32,329 nt of DNA from Stramenopiles sp. TOSAG23-6 (Eukaryota): assembly GCA_900128565.1 (NCBI GenBank), contig LT635959.1:1-32329 (forward strand), in the 5' to 3' direction. The first letter of the stretch is position 1, and each line of letters begins with the position of its first letter. Below the pieces are notes generated by a model. It searched no databases and had not been told where the DNA came from. It saw only the letters and a list, made by a program, of their open reading frames with translations. A program made the translations under genes and the position numbers. This document shows positions 22,101-32,329 of the stretch, in pieces.

Positions 22101-23684
22101 TTTCATTCATTTTTGTTTTTTTATCCTTATCCTTAGTCTTCTTAGCCTTATCTGTTTCATTCATTTTTTTATCCTTATCCTTAGTCTTCTTCTTATCCTT
22201 ATCTTCTTGACGATACCAGACAAATTTTGCATTTTTGATTTCAATGACATGATTAGTATCATTTTCAAGTTTTAATACTTCTTTAACTTCTGGATGAATC
22301 ATAAATTTAGAAATTCGTACATTCGCAATTCTAAATGAAACAAAAGCATTAATGATAAAAGGTAAAACAATAATAGGAAACCGAACCAAACGGAAAATTG
22401 ACAGAGCAGTAAAAATTTTTGATGCAGTCATTTCATTTCCAGTCAACGAATATGTAGCAAAAACAGCGAGAGAGACAAACATGGGTGTTAAATTCCACAT
22501 TGTATAATTTATCATTTGTACTATAATATGAGTAAATAATGCGTCAATCTCCTTTGCTCTAGTTTTATGTATTTGATCACTAAATGAATCTTCCCAACTA
22601 TATAGTTTTACAACTTTAATTCCGGCTATTACATCAGTAATTAACTTTACTCGAGCATCGGTTTGCTCTACTACACGTTTTCTAAGTCTTTCTAAAATTT
22701 TGACTAGACGAGCTTTTAGTGGCATTACAAGAACCATGGATTATGAAAAATATTTCAAAAAAAAAACTAAAATTTGTTAGGTACAAAATTTCGTACGAAA
22801 AATAAAAATAAATTCGAAATTGAAATGAAAACGTACATAACTACAAGACCAACTAATGAGGGCCAACCTATATAATAATATAATTGAGAAAAGGCAACAA
22901 CTATCTGAAAAGGCGCACTCCATAAATTATGCATATATGGAGTAAACCTCATTATTCGACCTGCATCATTAGACACAAGGTTGACAACATTTCCAGCAGA
23001 AAATTTTAAATTTGGACTCAGTTTTAAAACTTTTCCAAAAACACCAACGATAACAAAAGCTCTTACTTGCATAGCAATCCGATATACACCATGAAAATAA
23101 ATATTGATGAAAACACTTTGAAGAAATCTTGCTAAAAATAAAGAGAGAGCCCAGATGTAACCTAGTCGTATTCCTGTGTCATAAAGTTCCTCAGTAGCAC
23201 CTTTCTCAAAAAATTGTATCATTAGAGAAATAAACACTGGAATGGAGTATTGTAGAATGTCGTGCAGTAATTTATAAAATCCAGCGCATGCAAAAGTACA
23301 ACTAAATTCACGACGAATAGCACGTATTAAAGAAGGTTTCTTTTTCTTTGTTGGCTCCGTCGTAGCATTTTCATTAGTAGGTGCTATGGCACTTGAATCA
23401 ATTGAATCTAGATTACAAAAATCTAACTCTTCTTTCCATCGCTTATCAAATGCAGTACTCCATATTCTAGACTTATCAGACTCGAGTATATCAGGAATAT
23501 CTTCCATTTCTAGTGTTTTTTTTCGAGCAAGAGAGATTAAATTCTGAATCCACCAAAAACTCAGACGCGAACAGAAGTTTGCTTTCCCTTCACCACAAGG
23601 AGCAACAAGAGGTACATTGGGAGAAGAAGACAAGGTTTCATCATGCTTTTGACTTTTTTTTGGAGCATCATTCAACTTTGTCAT
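19155..23684 (-). CDS. ABCC/MRP-family full-length ABC transporter, 3 exons (23684-22837, 22735-20527, 20426-19155), ~1442 aa
   Basis: TMD-NBD-TMD-NBD layout with [70 protein letters not shown] and MLDEATASVD. Confidence 0.93.
20427..20526 (-). other. Family intron 5, 100 nt, GT...AT
   Basis: TAT|GTATGTTT...TTTCGTACGAAATTTTGTACCTAAC...GAAATATTTTTCCAAAGTACAT|TTA. Gives IRSFCIGDY|LATRNCALLD. The AGs 5 nt up and 4 nt down are out of frame. Confidence 0.9.
22736..22836 (-). other. Family intron 6, 101 nt, GT...AT
   Basis: TAT|GTACGTTT...TTTCGTACGAAATTTTGTACCTAAC...GAAATATTTTTCATAATCCAT|GGT. Gives GWPSLVGLVVMVLVMPLKA. The AGs 31 nt up and 23 nt down are out of frame. Confidence 0.9.
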
Positions 23685-23889
23685 TTTCAATTGTAAATAA
23701 GTTGCTGACTTACAGAATAAAATCGGAACACAACAACAACAAAACAAAAGGTTGACTTTTACTTGCGCTTCGCTTTGACACGAAATATCGAAATATTGAA
23801 AAAAATAATAATACTAATTTGATTTACTTTACTTGCACCAATAAATCCATTATGAAATAATAGAAAAACGATGATTTCAAACACAATTT

Positions 23890-24977
23890 CTATAATTTAG
23901 ATTTTTCTCTCTGGGCTTTACTTGGTAATTCTGTCTGTTGTTGCCACATGACAACTTTTTCTCTTAAACTTTCTATAATTCGTTCTTGTTTTGATATTTT
24001 TTTTTGTTGCCTTTTTACCACATTTTGAAGTTCTTGAATTCTTTCCATCGCTTGTTCCTGGATTTTTGTAAAATATTTCAAAATTTTTGATTTTTTTTAT
24101 TAGGAATAATTAGGTACAAAATTTTCATAGTAAAAAAAAATGGAAATGAATGATATAAACATACATGAGTTAAATTGTCGATGACTTTCTCGCTTGTATT
24201 ACTACTATTCTGCCGTTTTTCTAACGCTCTTCGTCGTCTTCTCTCTTCTTTTCGTGCTTTTTTTGCAATTAACTCGGCATCAGTTTTTGTATTTTTTGTA
24301 TTTTTTGTATTTTTTGTATTTGTTGTATTTTTTTCATTGTTTTTGTTTTGTAAAGAACGAGTTAAAGACGTTGGAATACCACGCTCAGTTTCACCGTCTT
24401 CATAAATGACATCATATGCTCCTTCTTCTCTGATACTGGTAACTTTTGCTCGTCTCCATGTTTTCCCCCTATATCGGACTTCTATACTTTCATTAACTTC
24501 AAATGCATTTCTTATTTTCATTGCAGTAAATCCACTACCACCATCAACTGTGGCTGCCTCCATTCCTAAATCTGACATACCCCCAATAGACTTTGGCAGC
24601 CTTTGTTTTTTTGGTGTTAACAATTTTGTTTGAACCTCTGAGTGTTTGTTTTTTGGTTCACTAACCTCGTTTTTTATAGAAGTTTTTGTTCCTTTTTCAT
24701 TATTTTCCATTATAGTATTTTCACTTTTGTTTATGTCTTGCATACCATTATCACAACCAACATCTGTACTTGTACTTTTTACTTGAGTAATAGCACCACC
24801 TAAAACACGGATACGCTCTCGAGGTACTTCACTTTCCCCACCAAGTGCCGAGTGACTATATAACAAATCAAATGTACCTTCTTCTCGAATGCCCATTACC
24901 TTCGCTTCTACCCACTCTCCCATATTTTGATAATTTGCTAAAACGTCTTGTCCAAATGCTATAATTGGCTCTGACAT
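23890..24977 (-). CDS. Tandem Tudor/Agenet-like domain protein with C-terminal coiled coil, 2 exons (24977-24165, 24057-23890), ~326 aa
   Basis: Two Tudor-like units (GQDVLANYQNMGEWVEAKV..GTFDLLY and FEVNESIEVRYRGKTWRRAKV..YDVIYEDGETE). In-frame join NLTH|EQAMERIQ. Confidence 0.7.
24058..24164 (-). other. Family intron 7, 107 nt, GT...AG (canonical-ending member)
   Basis: CAT|GTATGTTT...TTTTGTACCTAAT...GAAATATTTTACAAAAATCCAG|GAA. Confidence 0.85.
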
Positions 24978-25267
24978 TACTCGTTGTGTGAAATGATGTT
25001 TACCTGTGCTGCTTATAAATTCCAATGATTTCACTATTTACGAAAGTGTACTGAGTTTGTCGTTTTAAGTAGGACATAATATATCGACGGTTGAGCCGTT
25101 TCATTTCATAATAGCTAGCCTTGACACGTGGCACAAAAATTCAAGCACGAAATCGGTGGCAACAAAATCCAACAAATCGCGAATCGAACCACGAGTCATG
25201 GCCAAACACGAGGACGTCTTCCTGTTTCCTTTCGTTGCGGATAGTTAGATTTTGGCGATAAAAGAAG

Positions 25268-25461
25268 GTACGTTCTTTTTAGACACATTAACTTTTTAGT
25301 ATCTACACATTGCTTCAACATTGATGTAAATGTAATCTTTCATGGGTTTAGATTTCCCCTACTTTTATCCGTGAGAATTCATATATTTTGGTTGCCATAT
25401 GTATTTCCTTGACAATTTGTACTCACTCGTAACACCGCATGTATACTACAACACACTACAG
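25268..25461 (+). other. Probable canonical GT-AG 5'-UTR intron of ATP synthase beta
   Basis: AAG|GTACGT...CACTACAG| ending 8 nt before the ATG at 25470. Confidence 0.5.
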
Positions 25462-25469
25462 TCCGAAAA

Positions 25470-27659
<2,190 letters not shown>

Positions 27660-28065
27660 ATATATACTTGATGTTACCTAGTGTATATGTAGTATATTTA
27701 TATGGATACAATATCTTCATATTTGTATATGGTGTGTATAGCTGAATGAATGCGTATTTTGAAATGATACAAATGTCTTTATTGTTGCGAATTTTGGTAC
27801 AAATTTGTTACCTAAGTCTGTGGTAGTAGATATAAGGTTTACCTTCTTTTTAGTTTGTTTACAGTAATCGTTTAATATTTCACAAGAAATACATGAAAAC
27901 AGTTTACCTGTCACATGAGAGAAAATTTTGAAAGAATGAGATAAAAAACGTTGAAAACATTTTATTTTTATTTGTAAATCTTTTCTATTTTGTGTTTCAT
28001 TTTAACCCATCAAATTATTGCACGCTTATATGTAAGTATTCTTACTGCTGGTACGGTTGCATTGT

Positions 28066-28135
28066 GAGATTCCATACCATTTTTTTATAAAATGTACCTA
28101 ATTTTCAATTTGTTTAAAAAATGGTATGGAATCTC
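28066..28135. repeat. Perfect 20-bp inverted repeat with 30-nt loop
   Basis: GAGATTCCATACCATTTTTT (28066-28085) and AAAAAATGGTATGGAATCTC (28116-28135). Confidence 0.9.
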
Positions 28136-28143
28136 GTAGTACA

Positions 28144-28668
28144 CTACGACAAGGTTTTTCTTATAGTTCTCAATGTAGTCAACATTTTCAGTCTATCAAT
28201 TTTTAGAAACAATCCTATAAGTGTCGCGTATGTACTACTTGAAGAGCGCATGGAAAGTAGAGCTATATCTACATCTTCTTTATATTCTTCGGGGATATCC
28301 GCGAAACTAAAGGGGTTTTCTTTCACCCTTTCCATCGTTAGTTTCTTCCCATGTTTATAAAATTCTTTGCACTGGCTTTCCGAAAACTTTTCACGTTCAC
28401 AAATCTTTTTGACTGTAGGCGGATGAATCATAGATTGAAGTTGTTCATCTGAGACATGACGATGTTGTCGCGTGCCTTTTTCTTTACCAATTTCAACAGG
28501 ATTTTGTGGTTCGCGTCGCTTCAACATATGTTCCCGTGCGCTTGATGTATTGTGAGGAAGAAACTGTTTACCTTGACCAAATTTGGAGCTACTCGTATTT
28601 GTAGAACCACTTACATGTACAACGAAGATCAAAAGTAGCCGATAACCCCAAACTGATTTAATGGCCAT
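28144..28668 (-). CDS. Hypothetical secreted protein with a DUF4116-like segment
   Basis: ATG start and hydrophobic N-terminus; VKENPFSFADIPEEYKEDVDIALLSM resembles one DUF4116 unit. Confidence 0.55.
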   Translation of the reverse strand: MAIKSVWGYRLLLIFVVHVSGSTNTSSSKFGQGKQFLPHNTSSAREHMLKRREPQNPVEIGKEKGTRQHRHVSDEQLQSMIHPPTVKKICEREKFSESQCKEFYKHGKKLTMERVKENPFSFADIPEEYKEDVDIALLSMRSSSSTYATLIGLFLKIDRLKMLTTLRTIRKTLS

Positions 28669-28862
28669 GGTTATTTAAACTCGAGTTACACAAGTTTGGT
28701 TTATAGCTGCAGCATACACGTGCAGGCGCGACTTGATCGATCCAATCAAATATAACTTACTATGCGCGCGCAATTTTTCTAAAAAAAACAATTTTCACAC
28801 CAAAATTCGCGATTTCGTGTTTTTCAGTAATACAATGCTTGTATAAATTTCAAGAAATAAAC

Positions 28863-30609
28863 TTATTTATTTATATCATTGAGGTCTCTCTTTACTGTCC
28901 CACATTTTTGAGGAGTTTGAGATTCTGAAGAATTCCTTACAGGCTTCATTGGACTATTTACTTTTTCAATATTATCGAGCATTTTGTCTAGAATGTTGTC
29001 TATACATTTATCATTAAATGCAGAATGTACACCAAGCTTCATCTTTTCTAACACCATCTGTCCTTTATTAGAATTATTCAAGTTTTGAGTATTTTTTACA
29101 TCACTCTTCATATTCTTTTCTTGCTTTGACACGATCTTTTTTACATCACTCTTCATATTCTTTTCTTGCTTTGACACGATCTTTGGCTTTGAACAATAAT
29201 ATATCTGATTTGTAGACAATTTTTTAATACTTGAATACATATCTGATTCCACAGAAACTCTAAATTGCATGTATAGGAAAAACAATATGATACACTTGAA
29301 ATTTGGTTAAAACAAATCGTAAAACAAAAAAAGATCTAAAATATATATCTTTGAAATTCATGATGAAAACGTACATACCAACAGTCATACCAGCAGGAAC
29401 TATAACCTGTACGGGGGTTTGTGTCCCAGGTTTCATGAATTCTAAAGTAGAGCCTGTTCCTGCAGTGGGGGGAACTTCTAAATCTAGTATCAATGGTGGT
29501 AAAGATTTTAATACAGCTTTTTTTCGTAGAAAACGCACAATAATTTTTTTGTCAGTCTCATTGGGTAAATTGCTTGATTCAGTCTTCGGTAGAGTACTCA
29601 ATTCAGTAGAAATTTCTTGTGCTGTCTTTGACGAAGCAGATACTCCGTTAATAGCCAAGACTGCATCCCCTACTTCTATTTTATAGCTATGCTGTTTTAT
29701 GTCACTGGAGCTACCTTTCTTACTTATGCTAAAACTACGTAGAGGAAATGCCACTGCATCAACATCCTGAATGGTTACTGCAGTCATTTTGAAATCTTTC
29801 ACCTTGTAAACTGTCTGATCCGTAAAAACAAAACCTTGCATATATTCATGACAAACGACTTGATTTTGAAAAACAACTTCATACACGTCAGATTTCACTT
29901 TACTTTTTGTTTTCTTTCGATGAACACGTTCCGCAGCTCTTTGGGCAGCTGCTAAACGTTTTTTCTCCTCCATTTCTTTTTTAGTGATGATTACGGTCTT
30001 ACTGGAAGAATTAACACTATTTGCTTCAGCTTCAACGCCAGCAAAAAGTCGGAGAGATTCATTTGCTGCGGTTTTTCGATGTTCTCGGACACCAAGGTCA
30101 CCTTTTGCTTCATCATTACCTTCAGGTGGTACGTTTTTTGATAAACGAATTTCTTTTACCGTAATTCCAGACGTTGTTGAGTTGTCCGGTAGCCATGATA
30201 CTGAAAATGTAAGCCCTTCTTCCATATCATTATCGACAGAAGACACTGTCGCAGGACACCACTCCCCCTCCCAAAGTGCTTCAACCAAAGTCCCAACTTT
30301 AAAAAGTATTTCAGGCTTTTCAGTTTCAAGAAAGTTAAGCAACCTTTTTTTTGAGCCACGCCTTACAGAATTCACCTTCGACTTTTTGAAGTTACCAACG
30401 TTTTTAGTGTTTTTTTCCCTTTTCTCATCACTGCTTAATTGACGTTGGCGCTTTTTATTTGAACGAGCTTTTGTTAAAAGCGCTCCTAAAGACTCCTCAT
30501 CTGAAGAGTCCGAATCGGAATCACTCGTATCAACTTTGCTCATTTCGAAATTATTCTGAATTGATTTTGAATCAAGAGATTTGCCTCGAACATCTGCAAG
30601 GTCTCCCAT
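28863..30609 (-). CDS. Protein with Tudor-like and PDZ-like domains, 2 exons (30609-29375, 29268-28863), ~546 aa
   Basis: FKVGTLVEALWEGEWCPATVSSV (Tudor-like) and IEVGDAVLAINGVS (PDZ-like). Join gives VIVPAGMTVGMQFRVSV. A 39-nt tandem duplication (KIVSKQEKNMKSDVK) lies near 29095-29180. Confidence 0.65.
29269..29374 (-). other. Family intron 9 (diverged), 106 nt, GT...AT
   Basis: TAT|GTACGTTTTCATCATGAATTTCAAA...TTTTAAC...TTTTTCCTATACAT|GCA. An in-frame TAG 9 nt downstream is an alternative acceptor. Confidence 0.75.
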
Positions 30610-30870
30610 TATTGAAAATACTCAGAGTAAAACAATAAAAAATTGGGAATTGGCGGTAATTACTCTCTTTTGACTGACATTTTACAAATATTTATTACGC
30701 GACAAACCTGTTTCTTTTCTTTTTTTTTCGCTCCTCTGGCTCTAGACACAGAGGGGGAATTCAAATTTCGTCTCAAATTTCAATTATATAATCATATTGT
30801 TCGTATCGATTGTTCTAGCCTAGAATTCACGCGACCCTTCACATAAAAGTAGTGTGTACATCAATATAGA

Positions 30871-31713
30871 ATGATTCACGAAATAATTTTAATTAGTGCA
30901 ATTTTAGTAACACATGCTTTCGCAAAGTCATATCCGCATGATGAGCTAAACTCTGATGCTGCTATTGATAGTATTCTCGAGGAACACCCAGTGAACTACG
31001 AGTTTGAGGTGCCTGCTGTGCCAAGGTTTAACTTTCATTTACCTGATTGGGACGTTGATGCTGAGTATAGCTTCCTTGAATTAGGAGCAAAAGCATTTGA
31101 TAGTACAAAAATTGTGGAAGATGACCCAATACAATGTAGCACCGTGTGTAAACCTCTCAGTGTTGCTAAGAAAGAAGCAGCAGCAGCAAAAGCCGCGGCA
31201 CAAAAACCAAACCCAACAGAAGAGTCAAAATCTGCTAAACCATCTCCCTCTAGTTTTGCCGAAATTGGAGCAGATATTTCGCACAGGATGTCATTTTTAG
31301 AACTTTCCGTTTCGAAACAAATTTGCGAAGGTAAAAGCGGTGGATGGAATGATGAGAAAAAAGAGTGTGAACATTTTATGGTTGCAACAAAAGAAGAAAT
31401 GGCTTGGAATGGGAAAGAAATGTTCGAACTTTGTAGCAAAGAAATTGGTACTCTATACGTGCCATGTAATCCTTACCAAGCCCTGGCGTTGTCACATTCG
31501 TATGATATACCTGATCATAGTTACTATTGGCTTTTTCCAGGAGGACGTCATGTACATTTTATTTTTTCTCAATTTCGAATTTATTTTTCGTACGAAATTT
31601 TGTACCTAACGAATATTTTTTTGAAGTATTTTTCCAAAATACATCAGCCTGGATATATTCCACCTGGTTCAACTCTTTGTTTTTTAATCACACTAAAAAA
31701 AGTTGTTTCATGA
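30871..31713 (+). CDS. Secreted protein with degenerate FKBP-like C-terminal domain, 2 exons (30871-31551, 31645-31713), ~249 aa
   Basis: Signal peptide; repeated SFLE/SFAE motifs; ELCSKEIGTLYVP...GYIPPGSTLCFLITLKKV resembles the FKBP C-terminal pattern. Confidence 0.6.
   Translation: MIHEIILISAILVTHAFAKSYPHDELNSDAAIDSILEEHPVNYEFEVPAVPRFNFHLPDWDVDAEYSFLELGAKAFDSTKIVEDDPIQCSTVCKPLSVAKKEAAAAKAAAQKPNPTEESKSAKPSPSSFAEIGADISHRMSFLELSVSKQICEGKSGGWNDEKKECEHFMVATKEEMAWNGKEMFELCSKEIGTLYVPCNPYQALALSHSYDIPDHSYYWLFPGGRHVHFIFSQFRIYFSYEILYLTNIFLKYFSKIHQPGYIPPGSTLCFLITLKKVVS
31552..31644 (+). other. Family intron 10, 93 nt, in-frame and stop-free, GT...AT (or AG at 31647)
   Basis: CAT|GTACATTTT...TTTCGTACGAAATTTTGTACCTAAC...GAAGTATTTTTCCAAAATACAT|CAG. 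Confidence 0.85.
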
Positions 31714-31777
31714 TAATAACTGGTTTATAAATTGAAAAAAACAATGACTCAAAATAATGAAATTTCCTGAAATTTCC

Positions 31778-31857
31778 CATCTATAATTTTGCACAAGACT
31801 CTGAGAGCAGTTCCGTTCCGCATCTATAATTTTGCACAAGACTCTGAGAGCAGTTCC
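31778..31857. repeat. 37-nt direct duplication (period 43) covering the last codons and stop of the terminal gene
   Basis: CATCTATAATTTTGCACAAGACTCTGAGAGCAGTTCC at 31778-31814 and 31821-31857. Confidence 0.9.
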
Positions 31858-32327
31858 ATTTGCTCCGCCAGATTCTTTTTATCTATAACTGCAATACATG
31901 TTTTATTACTACTTTTGTTTTTTGGCATTGAATTCCAATTTTCAAGTACATGATTGATAAATTGGACTGCATCAATCACTTGATTTATATTTGTCTTTTT
32001 CCTACTAAAATCAATACTAAATTTCCTTCTCGTACGTTTTCCCTTTTTAGTGATATTATGATCAGTTCTTAGCTTACTATTGCTGTTTTTCATATTTATA
32101 TTTGGTGTTGACAACGATTTTTTTCTTACCGATCTTGTATTATTATTCACTCTTGTACTACGATTAGGAGATGATCTCTGTTTTGAATTATGCTTATAAT
32201 TATTACTATTATTATTCACTTTTGTACTACGATTAGGAGATGATTTCTGTTTTGTATTATGATTATGATTATTCACTCTTGTACTACTTGAAGGTGATCT
32301 CTGTTTTATATGACTTGTTTCCTTCAT
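31824..32327 (-). CDS. 3' part of a low-complexity basic protein, probably truncated by the window edge
   Basis: Open frame to the window end with three K-Q-R/K-S-S-P-x-x-S-T-R/K-V-N-N-like repeats. Confidence 0.55.
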   Translation of the reverse strand: MKETSHIKQRSPSSSTRVNNHNHNTKQKSSPNRSTKVNNNSNNYKHNSKQRSSPNRSTRVNNNTRSVRKKSLSTPNINMKNSNSKLRTDHNITKKGKRTRRKFSIDFSRKKTNINQVIDAVQFINHVLENWNSMPKNKSSNKTCIAVIDKKNLAEQMELLSESCAKL

Positions 32328-32329
32328 AT

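Noticed and set aside
13347-22836. Reading the family as U12-type AT-AC introns by sliding boundaries 2 nt
   Set aside because: Sliding works for several copies, but not for 13347-13450 (exon ends TT) or 4744-4834 (exon ends AG), and it gives AT-CC for 22736-22836. The U12 donor ATATCCTT is absent, while GTAYGT fits U1.
13092-23684. IDE and ABCC as fragmented pseudogenes
   Set aside because: Every break coincides with a family intron, and removing it restores an intact, collinear protein with catalytic motifs.
27788-27818. Possible degenerate family copy (AATTTTGGTACAAATTTGTTACCTAAG)
   Set aside because: Partial, scrambled similarity in AT-rich intergenic DNA, with no donor, terminal motif or host ORF.

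Overview
Gene-dense, AT-rich nuclear DNA of a flagellated eukaryote, probably a protist (stramenopile-like; taxon is inference). About 14 genes: a Mutator-like transposase fused to an FCP1/NIF-like phosphatase domain, vitamin K-dependent gamma-carboxylase, WDR34/DYNC2I2, insulin-degrading enzyme, an Ldh_2-family reductase, an ABCC/MRP transporter, mitochondrial ATP synthase beta, Tudor- and FKBP-like proteins, and orphans. The main finding is a family of ten related 91-107 nt introns. They share a GTAY donor, usually a TACCTAAC branch-like motif, a sub-terminal AAATATTTTT motif, and in four copies a TTTCGTACGAAA palindrome. Nine appear to end in CAT rather than AG (GT-AT introns). In five of them, four in conserved proteins, only the AT end restores the reading frame. 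Short terminal inverted repeats and an apparent AT target duplication suggest an introner-type mobile intron family. Ordinary GT-AG introns coexist in the ATP synthase gene. Gene models were spliced by hand and lack transcript support.
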